From: Mobula hypostoma
Lineage: Eukaryota
Assembly (NCBI RefSeq): GCF_963921235.1
Contig: NC_086097.1
Coordinates: 52,764,001 to 52,828,000, forward strand
DNA length: 64,000 nt
Reading direction: 5' to 3'
Part shown: positions 25,660 to 38,586 of the stretch, piece by piece
Numbering within the stretch: position 1 is the stretch's first letter
Layout of the letters: each line of letters begins with the position of its first letter
Notes under the pieces: generated by a model
The model's input: the letters and a program-made list of their open reading frames with translations, nothing else
What the model was told of the DNA's origin: nothing
The model's database searches: none
Made by a program: the position numbers and the translations under genes

Positions 25660-25665
25660 TTTATT
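25660..25665 (-). promoter_or_regulatory. candidate polyadenylation signal AATAAA of txndc16
   Basis: First AATAAA I found on the minus strand, about 105 nt downstream of the stop codon. Confidence 0.4.
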
Positions 25666-25770
25666 ATGCAGTAGGTTACATGCTTTGCTATATAATATTC
25701 AGGTTCATATTACGTTATCCATCAAATAAGATAAATGATAACATGAGGAACTGTGAATTCTGCTCTCTTA

Positions 25771-26057
25771 TTATAATTCACTGTGCAGTTTATGCTGCGT
25801 CTTCTTGTCCTGAACTGGAGATCTGGGCAATGTCTTGGGCAAGAAATCTCCTTCAGGCTCTGCAGCTGATACTGTGTCATCCTCTTCCTCATCAGCATCA
25901 CTCGTCAGTTCTGCCTTGTCTTCTCCCTCACAGGCATCAACCTGCTTTGCAGAACTCGGTGTCCTCTGCTTTGCAAATCCAGGACGTACAGTATCCATAA
26001 TGGCCAGAAAGTCATAAGCAGTTTGTGGAGGTGTCCATTCCTTATCCTGCAGGAGAT
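25771..26057 (-). CDS. txndc16: txndc16 last coding exon (NLLQDKEWTPPQTAYDFLAIMD...acidic tract...HKLHSEL-stop)
   Basis: ttttgcag acceptor; EWTPPQTAYDFL matches EWKPPLPAYDFL; TAA TAA double stop; KDEL-like C-terminal HSEL. Confidence 0.92.
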
Positions 26058-26559
26058 CTGCAAAAGCAAATTTACAAAAGCATCAAACTGGTTCCAGATG
26101 TACTCTCATAATCACAATTTAGGATTTTCTTCTCGCCCTGCAATATGATTTTTTAACAAAGTTGGGAAATGTTTGTGGTGTTTAGTTCAGGACTTTCAGC
26201 GAGAGCAATACTGCAAAATTGGGGTTATTCTAGCTGGAAAGCCATTCACAGTCCAGAGCCTTAAGATATAACAATATGCCTCAGTATAAGCAAGTACATA
26301 GGGGAGATCCGGTAATAGAATCTCCCCAAAACTGTTATAAATATAGTGATCAATATGTTAAGTGACAGCCTACTGTACTGTATGTTAAACCACATCAGAT
26401 GGATCAATAGAGACTAGTATTTGTTTACAGAGTTAATCATACTTAATAGAAGTAAAATGATCAGTGCAGAATGAGAAATTTCTTTTAATAAGAAATGAAA
26501 ATGCAGAACCTCAAGGGCAGTGAGTTCCTGCTGCCATGTGTTAGTGAGTCCAGGAATTG

Positions 26560-27070
26560 ACAACAGGGACAGGTTGCATTTGGGCTTGAGGTAGACAAAA
26601 TCCTAGTGTTGAGATTCATTTCTGCAACCTGTGGAAGTTTAAACTAGATTGGCAGGGGTTTGGGGCTTGAGGGATGTCAGTGAGAAGGGTACATGCAGCA
26701 GCCGAAGAATGTAAGTCTAGCAATAAGGATAGGCATATTTTCAGTAAAAGGGCAGGTTGGACCACCATCTTAAATTGCAGCTCTTTCAATGTACATAGTT
26801 TGACAGGTAAGGCGGACGAACTGAGGGCATGCATTGCCTCCAGGGTCAGAAACACTGTGACCATAACATAAATGTGGCTGAGAGAAGGTCAGGACTGGCA
26901 GTTCAATATTCTGGGATACCAATGCTTTAGGTGTGACAGAGGAACTGAAGGAAATATGCCTTTTTTGATAAAGGTGGACATCAGTATAGTGTACAGTTTT
27001 GTCCATCCTTTCGTAGGAAAGACATTGTTAAGCAGGAGAGGGTGCAGAAGAGAATTACAAGGATGCGACT
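26560..27070 (+). mobile_element. degenerate CR1 fragment (APE region)
   Basis: FNVHSLTGKADELRA; WLREGQDWQFNILGYQCFRCDR. Confidence 0.7.
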
Positions 27071-27764
27071 AAGACTTTATCTTGACAATAACCTCAAGCA
27101 CTACCATGTATCTTTAATAACTCAGCAACCTGGGTATGTGCATGCTTAAAGATGCTACAACTCTTGAAAAAATAACACATCTATTAAGCAATTTAACTCA
27201 TAACCTGAGAATATTTCTCCAGGAGCACATCTATTAGATACCAACAGTTGTTTATTGCAAGTAAATGTTTTGATGCCTGCCAAATACAATCAGCTTTGAT
27301 AAAAATGCTGCAGCAAGCATTCGAAAACAGTCCCTCTTCAGCTTATTGTTCAAACACCTGCAGTCAGGCACATTAAGTACTATTAACATAAGTGAAAAAA
27401 TGATTTATCTTCTGGTTTAGTTTCATCTTCAAACTCATTTATAACACTGGTCAGTCTTTTATAATATTAGTTACTCTCATCGTTACTTTCAAACCTGAAG
27501 ATTTTGTACCTTTTTTTAATGAAAAGGCAAAAGTCTTAAAAAAAAGCATATGGCACATAGTTATGATTCATCAAAGAATTCATTGGAAGATACTTTCCAA
27601 AGTGTAATCTATTACTTCATGACACACAGCATGAAAGTTGGGATTTTCCTTCTGGATCCTGCATTTTTCAGACAAAGCTTGATTGGCTCTTTCAGCTTGT
27701 TGGGAAATTTTTTTTTAAAACTGTAATAACGTGCAATTGCATTACGCATCCAGTGCTGTCCATA

Positions 27765-27985
27765 TGGATCCTGCACATTTTCCCCTGTAGCTTTCGTCCA
27801 GTTTATTCCTGTGTCCCAAAGTTAATTTGCCACTGTAAATTGTTTCAAGTGACAGTCTGAGGAAGTGGATGGGAATGTGGAGTGAGTAAAACAAGTTAAT
27901 TAGTGTAAATGTGGGTTTGATGATCTGAATAAACTCGGTGGCCACAGAATCAGTTTCTGTGCTGTTATTATTCTATAACTCTACG
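27765..27985 (+). mobile_element. degenerate V-SINE-like element
   Basis: gttaatttgccactgtaaattg core and CR1-like tail; similar to the copy at 58470-58760. Confidence 0.45.
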
Positions 27986-28589
27986 ACTTATCATTCAGTT
28001 GCTAACACAAAACAAGAGAAGTGAGTTGCTGGTTCTGCAGAGTCAGTGGGATACTACAGCAATACTAAGACGAAATCTGTAAAACATGCCTCAGCAATTG
28101 TGACATGAAGGAATAAGTAGCTTCCTTCAGATATGTTATCTTCTCTTAGTTTTGGGTCATCCCTTATACAAGATATGATTTATAAATATCAGTCATAAAA
28201 GTACAATGAAAATAAAATCTAATTGTGCAGATGAATTAGTCGCTAATCTTAATATGGACAGAAGGTCTGTTTGCTGGATTTAATTAAATCAGTCTGTTGA
28301 AATTATAAATGAAATAGAACGCAAGAACAATCCAATAAACTAATGACATTAATTAAGTGTTGTATTGAGGCAAACTCACAAAATGATACACTAACAAACT
28401 TTGTGGTATAACTAGCTAGTAGTTTAATTGACACACAAGGAAGTGTAAGAAAGAATGCCTGTGCCTCGTTTGTCAATATGAACTTCCCTACTTCAACCCT
28501 GCTATCAACAGTTTTGTTCCAATTTTTACTTGGTCTGGAAAATCTATTTATTTGAGTTAGAATTTATTTTTTAAATTAATCTGGCAGCC

Positions 28590-28990
28590 AAATGCTAACA
28601 GCAGCTGACTCAGTTGGTTGAAACTCATGAATCAGTAGCTATGTTTGCAAGTTCCAATAAATGAGTATATAACCTAAGCTAGCACTGCAGTACAGCTTTG
28701 AAGGAATCTATCATTATCGAAATATCATTTTCCAATGAAATATTAAAACAACAGTGTTCATTTTAGTGAATAAAACAGATTACAAACATTATTTAGAAGT
28801 CAGCAGTGATTTTTCACTTCCCTGGGCTAAATTTCACCCCCCCCCCCCCCACCAATCAATGTCACAAAAGCAGATGAACTGGACAGTCATTTCCTTTTGG
28901 TTAGAGTACATAACTGCTGTTTGTTTGCTTGCAAAAATATTTTACAGTTTGTAAAGCAATTTGAGAAGTGAAGCAACCCAAGATGTTCCT
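28590..28990 (+). mobile_element. ancient Deu-domain SINE-like relic
   Basis: tRNA-like head (gctgactcagttgg) followed by blocks resembling my recollection of the shark Deu-SINE consensus. Confidence 0.4.
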
Positions 28991-29821
28991 ACTCCGTTTT
29001 TCTTCAACTGCCAGCATGTGTTTAAGACTCAGAATTGCAAAACTTGCAATACTATTTCAAAATTAACCCTTGGGACTTTCCTTGATTACTAAATCACAAG
29101 AATCTCGAAATAAGATTTAGTATCAGCAGTGCAACATAACAGCTTTAGATTGCAATGGCATTTCACAGGAGTGCTACTATGCTACTTAGGGATACACAAT
29201 GGCGAATAATCAAAAGGCAGGGTAAAGAGAGTGGGTTGTGGAAGAGATGCTATTGCCAATCCAAACTGATTAAGGTCTGCAAGTGAGGAAATAGAATTCC
29301 ATATAAAATAAAAATACTTTTAAAACTTCTGTTGACCAAATGGAACAGTCTTCCCCATCATTGTGTGAGTAGGGTTTCTGGAAATTAAAATCAAAGTAGG
29401 CAATGTTTTTCCTCATTGAATGGAATTGTGTCTGATTTGCAATCTAAATAAATATATCAATTGTTACTGCAAAACCCTTCAAGAAGATCTATTGCTTATT
29501 TTAAATTAACTTGCATGAATTGGCATTTGTAAATGGTGAATTAATTAAAGGCAAATTTCCATTCGCCAAACTGCCATAGAGCAGGGACACACTGGACTTA
29601 CCATTATTCCTTCCATTTATTTCTCTCCATTCAAATTAAAGGGGTTCATTGTTCCAATGCAAAGTCCAACTGATGAAAGTTTTGTTTTTAGGCAAAAGAG
29701 ATTTTCAATGCTTGGAGATTTTTGGATGTGAAGTAGGCAATCACTTCTGTTTGCAGATAGTGACAGAAATCTGTAACTCACTTCTGTGAATGCCAATCGA
29801 AGCTATGTCAATAGTTAATTT

Positions 29822-32800
29822 GGGGGGGGGCGTCACGTGATGACGTGGGATTGAGACGTGTAAATCCAGCTCTCCCGCAACAAATCAGTAAAGTACCGTT
29901 TAAACAAAACAAAGTTAATAAAATATTTTCTGAAAACTATTTATAAACTTTGTAAGACTACTTTACGATATGCCTCCTAAACCGCAACAAAAGAAGTCTG
30001 CTGTTGCGAAGCAGCCGCGAGAGGGGAAGAAAAAAGGGCCTACTGCAACGATGGAGCCTTGGACTCAGGTTGGATCTCCTTCGGTAGAACAGGGAGCAAT
30101 GGCGGTGGTAACGGGTTCTTCGAAGAAGGCACCGGAAATGCGTATGCGCAAAGAAGAGCGCATGCGCAAATCGACACAACGCAAACTACAAGAACCGACA
30201 GCCACTGCAATTAAAAATGACTCAGAATCAGAATTGGATTCTGCAGAGAACACAGATGAAGAAGAGGAGGAAGAATTGGAAGCGATTGGAATAAAGGAGA
30301 TGATAGAGACATAAGAGAGGCTATATTGCAATTAACGGCTGAACTACGAAAAGTAAGAGAAGAGCTTAGAGATACGAAGATGTGCTATAATAAAGTTATG
30401 GAAAGACAGGACAAAATGGATAAGAAGCTTCAAAAGATGGAAAGAGCAATGGGGCATATGAATGATAGAGTGGAAAAAACAGAAAATGATTTGCTTGTCT
30501 GGAACTCGGAAAGAAATCGACTCTTGGAGAAAGTGGATATGTTGGAAAATTTCAGTAGACGTAATAATATTAAAATTGTTGGTCTTAAAGAAGGTACGGA
30601 GGGAGAAAAAACAATAGAATTTTTTCAAAAATGGATCCCGGATGTTTTGCAAATGGAAGAGGAGGTTCGACCAATTGAAATTGAGCGGGCACATAGAGCT
30701 CTAAGACCAAAACCAAAAGATGACCAATATCCATGATCAATCTTAATAAAATTCTTAAGATTTCAAGACAAGGAAAGGATCCTACAGGCAGCTGCTCGAG
30801 CTGCCAAGGATAGAAAAGGGCCATTGATAATTAAAGGGCACAAAGTTTTTTTCTACCCTGATATAAGTTATGAACTTTTGAAGAGAAGGAAGAAATTTAA
30901 TCCAGTGGAAAAAACCCTATGGGATCATGGTTATCAATTTATACTGCGTTATCCTGCAACCTTGAAGATTTTTTTGCCTGGTGGAGAAAAGAGATTTTTT
31001 GATGACTACCAGGAAGCAGAGCAGTTTGTGCGAGATTTTCTGAATATTCACCAGATACAAGAACAAATCCAGGGGAGCGAGATAGATTGAAGATGAAGAT
31101 TGGGTTAAAGAATGGACTTGTTGGATTTTTGCAGCTGGATGAATGTATAAATATATTATTAATTATACGAGGGGGGTAAGAAAGATTAAAACTGGAGGAA
31201 TATTAGTTGGGAATAGTAACATTAATTTTGCCTATATATATATCATTTTTTTTTGTTGCGGGGGAGCTGGAAGAAGCACTGATTGATTGCTACGCTAACC
31301 ATGTGTGCAAGCGTGGCTTTTGCCACGACCCGTAAAATGGAGGGGGGTAGTGTTGTGTATCTTTTCATTCACAACATTAGTGGGGGGGTATTTTGTTTTT
31401 TCTTTTTTTGTATTCTTTCTATCTTTTCTTTTCTTTTTGCCTGGAAAGTTGGGAGGGAAACACATAGCAACATGGTGAAGTTTAAAGAGATTCCCCAAGG
31501 AACTATGAGAGTTGAGAAGATAAGTAATGTTTTAGATTGGAGTAACTTTATTAAGAATAATGACTAATTTATTGAATTTTTTGAGTTTTAACGTTAATGG
31601 GCTTAATGGACCAGTGAAAAGAAATAGAATCTTAACAAATATTAAAAAAATGAAGATAGATTTAGCTTTTTTACAGGAAACGCACCTAACAGAAACAGAA
31701 CATCAGAAACTAAAGAGAAATTGGGTGGGAAGTGTTGTTGCGGCTTCATTTAATTCAAAAGCGAGGGGAGTAGCAATTTTGATCAATAAAATGTTACCAA
31801 TTAGAATACAAAATGTAATAACTGATTCTGCGGGGAAATATGTGATTATACATTGTCAACTTTTTTCTGAATTATGGACTTTTATGAATATTTATGCACC
31901 AAACGAAAATGATGCAAAATTCATACAAGAAGCTTTTCTGAATTTAGCGGATGCACATGAAAAAATATTAATTGGAGGAGACTTTAATTTTTGCTTAGAC
32001 CCAGTCTTAGATAGATCAACCAAGGCTGTTATAAAATCGAAGGTAGTAAATTTAACTTTATCATTGATGAAGGATTTAAATTTGATTGATATATGGAGAA
32101 GAATCAATCCTAAAGAAAGAGACTATTTGTTCTATTCCCATAGACATAAAACTTACTCAAGGATAGATTTGTTTCTATTATCAATGCATATTCAACACAG
32201 AGTGAAAAATATGGAATATAAAGCAAGAACATTATCAGATCATTCCCCTTTATTAATGACAATAATAATGGCTGATAAGGAAGAAGTGGCTTATAGATGG
32301 AGATTTAATTCAACATTATTAAAACGTCAAGATTTCTGTGATTTTATGAAAAAGCAGATTCAATTTTTTTTTGGATACAAATTTTCATTCAGTGGATGAT
32401 AAATTTATATTATGGGATGCGATGAAAGCATATCTTAGGGCCAGATAATAAGTTATACGTCTAAAATTAAGAAAGAATATATGGCAGAACTAGATCAATT
32501 GGAAAAAGAGATTACAAAAATAGAAAAAGAATCTCAAAGATATATCTCAGAAGAAAAATGAAGACAACTTGTTAATAAGAAGTTACAATATAATACGCTT
32601 CAGACATATAGAACGGAAAAAGCAATTATAAGAACTAAACAAAGGTATTATGAGTTAGGTGAGAGAGCACATAAAATTCTTGCCTGGCAGTTGAAAACAG
32701 AACAAGCTTCCAAAACAATAAATGCAATTAGAACAAGGGCAAATAAAATATCTTATAAACCTCTTGAAATAAATGAAACTTTTAAAAATTTCTCTTCTGA

Positions 32801-34254
32801 ATTATATCAATCAGAATCTGTCTTGACAGTATGACAAATATAATAAATGTTCGACTTGGATTAGTACAATAGAATTTTTTACACCAATTATATATTACAC
32901 CACAAAAAATAAATAGATTAAATTCAAATCTATCTGATAAATGCTTTCGGTGTAATCAAGAAATTGGTACTTTTTTACATTCTACTTGGTCTTGTTTTAA
33001 AATTCAACCCTTTTGGATAAATTTAAGAGTCTTTCTTTCTTTCTTTCTTTTTAAATCTTTTTATTGAGTAAGTATACAAAAAAGGTAAGCCATATAAACA
33101 TTAATACAATGTTCAAGTATAATAAAATTCCAAAAGATAACAATACCAAAAAGAAAATACTACAAACAATGTAATTTAAGCATAAGAAACCAAGATAACA
33201 TAATAGTATACTAGATTTTATATATATCAATGGAAAAAAAGAAAAAAAAACCCAAAAAAAAAACCCACCGTGCAACTAACTAAAAGCAAAGCAAAGCAAT
33301 GGGCTAACTTGAAACCAAACAGAGTTAAACTTAAAATCACGTCCTCAATCCCGACCTCCATTAAAACAGTGAAAAAAAAACAAGAAGGGTAAATATTACA
33401 TTAAATGAAAATATCGAATAAAAGGTCCCCAAATCTGTTCAAATTTAAATGAAGAATCATAAAGGTTACTTCTAATTTTCTCCAGATTCAAACATAAAAT
33501 CGTCTGAGAAAACCAAAAAAAGGTAGTTGGAGCATTAAGCTCTTTCCAATGTTGTAAAATACATCTTTTCGCCATTAAAGTAAGAAATGCAATCATTCTA
33601 CGGGCTGAAGGGGAAAGATTACTAGAAATTTTAGGTAGTCCAAAGATAGCAGTAATAGGGTGAGGAGAGATATCTATATTTAATACCTTTTAGAAATAAT
33701 ATTGAAAAGAGTCTTATTGGAACAAATTACTGGAACTCAACTTCCACATAACCCTGTATTATTTCTATTAGGTGATATTGAAGGGATAAAACCAAAACTT
33801 AAATTGAATAAATATCAGAAAGAATTTATAAAAAATTGCATTGGCAGTAGCTAAGAAGACTATAGCAGTTACTTGGAAATCTGATTCGTATTTAAGTATG
33901 GATCGTTGGAATAATGAAATGGCTAGTTCTATTCCACTCGAAAAAATTACTTATAATTTAAGAGATAAATATGTAACATTTTTGAATATTTGGCGCCCTT
34001 ATTTACAAAAGATAGGATGGCATATTTAAGTGCTCCGATAAAGACCTTGGTCCCTTGGGGAAAGTAACGAATAATTATACCAAATTTATTTTGAATCCCA
34101 TGGAGCATGTGGAAACCTTCCAATACCCAGGCGGTTCTTTTCTTTTTTCTCTTTCTTTCTTTTTAGGTAGGACTATATATATGGGGGGGGGGAGGGTAGA
34201 TTTTATCTTTTCATGTATTCTTTTTGAAAACTCAATAAAAATTATATTAAAAAA
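29822..34254 (+). mobile_element. L1-clade LINE complete at both ends but lacking the RT domain; intronic and antisense to txndc16
   Basis: 12-bp TSD aatagttaattt (29810-29821, 34255-34266); 5' G-run; ORF1 29970-31090 (ENFSRRNNIKIVGL, IERAHR); APE from 31560; jump near 32820 to the C-terminal CFRC..GTFLHSTWSC; AATAAA and A-tail. Confidence 0.92.
33034..33706 (-). mobile_element. 3' fragment of a different L1 subfamily inserted inverted into the L1
   Basis: 9-bp TSD aagagtctt (33025-33033, 33707-33715); ORF 33396-33596 AKRCILQHWK..LEKIR..FEQIWGPF; AATAAA and (AAAG)n tail on the minus strand. Confidence 0.85.
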
Positions 34255-34832
34255 AATAGTTAATTTAGGATTTAAAAAACAGAGCTTCTTTAGGAGTTTT
34301 GTGGTTTTAAAAAATGAATGCATTTATTTAGATTGCAGATCAGTCACAATTCCATTCAATGAGGGAAAGCTTTGCCCATTTCCATTTTAATTTCCAGAAT
34401 TCCTATTGGTACAGGTTTGGGGGAAATGATTCCATTTGGCCAATAAAAGTTTTAAATGGAACAAGCCTTCCAAGTTGACCCCATTTGGAGGAGTCTGGTA
34501 TATCTTAATAATCAATCCTGGTAGACTAAGTGACTGAGGAAGTGAGTGCTTTAGGTATTGATACCCTCTTTCCCTCACAGACAACATACCCTCTGATGAA
34601 GGTGACCTCATTTCATGTATAATAGCCCTTGAACCCCAGAAGCAGGTGGCAGGAATTGGCAACATTCAGAACAAGTATGTCCTGGCCTTGTATCCAGCTA
34701 TCTCTCAGCTTACTGCTAGAGCTACACAGGAGCAAACAGAAGAGATGAGGATTTGGTGACAATATATGCCATAAAAAAAATTTAAGCATTGCTGATAATG
34801 TTTAGTTCTTGGAAAATAAGTATTTCACTTAC

Positions 34833-35023
34833 TGTTGGGTTCCTCCTGTCCCTGCTGCACCTTCTTTAGCCAGTGAAGCACATTCACCCTTGAAATAATC
34901 TGCCCTTCAGGAAATGCAAATACAAGGCTTCCAGAGCCAATCTTCACTAAGATGAGAGCTGGTAGCTGTGGAAGGTAGTTCAAGTATATTTGAAGAATCT
35001 CTTCTCCAACTTGTGTCTTTCGC
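34833..35023 (-). CDS. txndc16: txndc16 penultimate coding exon, 191 bp (RKTQVGEEILQIYLNYLPQLPALILV...VFAFPEGQ...LHWLKKVQQGQEEPN)
   Basis: caccaag acceptor, GTAAGT donor; resembles [26 protein letters not shown]...VFAFPSDQ...LWLKKLEAG. Confidence 0.93.
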
Positions 35024-35614
35024 CTTGGTGGTATAAAAATATAGTAAAAGTATTATTGATAAAATACCTTAACGGCAACACAATGAAAATGTTACATCTG
35101 ATTTATGCTATTAATGAAAAATGATGCTGGTTGCATACTTGAAAGTATTTAACACAGAACAAATTATTTTTAAATTGTTATTAATGAATAAACAGCAATT
35201 GTGATAATGAGATCTATTGGATTTTAGATGCACTGAACAGGTCACACAACATTCAGACTAAATCTATTACTTAAAAACTTTGATTAACAAATAGAAACAT
35301 TTTTATGGTTGTACACTACAACAACCAGAGCAAAGACTGTCACCATACCAGTGTAAGACGTCTTCAATCGGAATGACTCATTTAATTATCATGTAAGTAA
35401 AATGTAACTAAATCTATTCAATGATGGTCCTTATGTCAGATTTATAATTTATGCATCAGCTGTGTTAAAAAATTCTCATACCCAATGGAAACTCAGTAAT
35501 AAAAGATTTTAAAAATCAACAGATACACAGCTAATCGCTGTAGATTTTTTTTTGGGTTACATTCAGGCAATGAGATTTCTTTTCATGAATACTTGCGCTT
35601 CAGCTGATAAAGCA

Positions 35615-36180
35615 GGGAGTCATACAGCATGGAAGCACACCCCTATCCATGCTGACTGTGTTGCCCATTGAGCTAGTCCCATCTGCCTACATTTGACCCA
35701 CAGCCCTCTAAACCTCTCCTATCCGTGTATTTATCTGGATGCCTTTTAAATGTTGCTAATGTGCCCCCGCACCTCAACCAAAGTCACACCGCCCTTTGCA
35801 CAAATAAGTTGCCCCTGATGTTTCTTTTAAAAGTCTTGCCTCTGATTTTAAGTCCATGCTTTCTTGTTTTTAACATCCCCTCTCTAGGAAAAAGTCTATG
35901 TGCCTGCACCCTGACTATGCCCCTCTATGAGGTCATCCCCTTAATCTCCTACTTTCCAGAGAATAAAGTCCTAGTTGATGTAATCTCTTCTTGTCCAGGC
36001 AACATTCTGATAACTCTTTGGCACTCTGTTTATTTTAATAGCATCTTTCCTATAACAGGGAGACCAAAAGAGTACACAATAATCTGTGCTACATACCACA
36101 ACATAACTTCCCACCTCCTATTTCTCAGTGCCCTGATTGATGAAGGCCAGTACGTGAAACACCTCATTCACCACCTCATT
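35615..36180 (-). mobile_element. degenerate CR1 3' fragment
   Basis: Similar to the other CR1 3' ends in the window. Confidence 0.6.
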
Positions 36181-36184
36181 CATT

Positions 36185-38500
36185 AATAAATAAATCAATT
36201 ATAGTATATGTATATTGAATAGATTAAAAAACATGCAAAAAAACAGAAAAACTGTATATTAATAAAAGTGAGATAGTGTCCCAAAAGCAGGTCCATTTAG
36301 GAATCAGATGGGCAGAGGACAAGAAGCTGTTCCTGAATCACTGAGTGTGAGTCTTCAGGCTTCTGTACCTCCTACCTGATGGTAACAGTGAGAAAAGGGC
36401 ATGCCCTGGGTACTGGAGGTCCTTAATAATGGACGCTGCCTTTCTGAGACACCGCTCCCTGAAGATGTCCTGCGTACTTGATAGGCTAATACCCAAGAAG
36501 GAGCTGACTAGATTTACAATCCTCTGCAGCTTCTTTCGGTCCTGTGCAGTAGCTCCCCCATACCAGACAGTGATGCAGTCTGTCAGAATTCTCTCCACAG
36601 TACATCTATAGAAGTTTTTGAGTGTATTTGTTGACATACCACATCTCCTCAAACTCCTAATAAAGTATAGCTGCTGTCTTGCCTTCTTTATACCTTCATC
36701 AATATGTTGGGACCAGGTTAGATCCTCAGAGATCTTGACACCCAGGAACCAGCAACTGCTCACTCTCTCCACTTCTGATCCCTCTACGAGAATTGGTATG
36801 TGTTCTTTCGTCTTACCCTTTCTGAAGTCCACAATCAGCTCTTTCGTCTTACTGACGTTGAGTGCCAGGTTGTTGCTGCGGCACCATTCCACTAGTTGGC
36901 ATATCTCACTCCTGTACGCCCTCTCGTCACCACTTGAGATTCTACCAATAATGGTTGTATCATCAGCAAATTTATAGATGGTATTTGAGCTATGCCTAGC
37001 CACACAGTCATGTGTATATAGAGAGTAGAGCAGTGGGCTAAGCACACACCCCTGAGGTGTGCCAGTGTGGTCTTCCGGTTAGGAAGCCAAGGATCCAATT
37101 GCAGAGGGAGGTACAGAGGCCCAGGTTCTGCAACTTCTCAATCAGGATTGTGGGAATGATAGTATTAAACGCTGAGCTATAATCGATGAATAGCATCCTG
37201 ACATGGGTGTTTTTGTTGCCCAGGTGGTCTAAAGCCGCATGGAGGGCCATTGAGATTGCATCTGCCGTTGACCTATTATGGCAATAGGCAAATTTCAATG
37301 GGTCCAGGTCCTTGCTGAGGCAGGAGTTCAGTCTAGTCATAACCAACCTCTCAAAGCATTTCATCACTGTTGCTGTGAGTGCTACCAGGCGATAGTCGTT
37401 AAGGCAGCCTACATTATTCTTCTTAGGCACTGGTATAATTGTTGCCTTTTTGAAGCAAGTGGGAACTTCCACCCATAGCAGTGAGAGGTTGAAAATGTCC
37501 TTGGATACTCCCACCAGTTGGTTGGCACAGGTTTTCAGAACCTTACCAGGTACTCTATCAGGACCTTCCACCTTGCGAGGGTTGACTCTCTTTAAAGACA
37601 GTCTAACATCGGCCTCTGAGACAGAGATCACAGGGTCATCAGGTGTAGCAGGGATCTTCACAGCTGTAGTTATATTCTCCGTTTCAAAGCGTGCATAGAA
37701 AGCATTGAGTTCATCCGGTAGTGAAGCATTACTGCCATTCATGCTATTGGGTTTCACTTTGTAACAAGTAATGTCTTGCAAACCCAGCCAGAGTTGTCAT
37801 ACATCGGATGTCACCTACAACCTCATTTGAAATTGTCTCTACGCCCTTGAAATAGCCCTCCGCAGAGCATACCTGGCTTTCTGGTACAGGCCTGGATCGC
37901 CAGACTTGAATGCCACAGATCTAGCTTTCAGCAGACAACGTACCTCCTGGTTCATCCACGGCTTTTGGTTTGGGAATATGCAGTAAGTCTTTGTAGGCAT
38001 ACACTCATCCACACAGATTTTAATGAAGTTGATAACAACTGCAGCATACTCATCCAGACTCAAAGATGAATCCCTGAATACAGTCCAGTCCTCCGATTCA
38101 AAGCAGTCCTGTAGGCACTCCTGTGCTTCCCTTGTCCATACCTTCTTGGTTCTCACTACTGGTGCTGTAATCTTCAGTCTCTGCCTATACTCAGGGAGTA
38201 GAAGTACAGCCAGCTGATCAGACTTCCCAAAGTGAGGGCGTGGAATAGCACAGTAGGCATTCCTGATGGTGGTGTAGCAATGGTCCAGTGTGTTGTTTCC
38301 TCTGGTATTGCAAGTGATCTGTTGATGGTAATTGCTTAGTGATTTTTTTCAGACTGGCCTGGCTAAAATCTCCTAAAACAATGGTGAAGGCGTTAGGTTG
38401 CACTATTCGTGCATGTTGATCCCATTGGTCAAATCACCTAAAGCCTTATTGACATTGGCCTGAGGAGGAATGTATACTGCTACCAAAATAAACCCGGAAT
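36185..38500 (-). mobile_element. 5'-truncated Rex1/Babar-clade LINE
   Basis: [50 protein letters not shown]; 47-bp microhomology (tgt) deletion near 37065 relative to the copy at 48250. Confidence 0.9.
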
Positions 38501-38586
38501 TAAAACATCAACTCCTGAAAAAGGAGGTTCTTACTTTTCTGTCCATTAAATAAATAATGAATTTAATGATTGGATATTGAGAAGAT

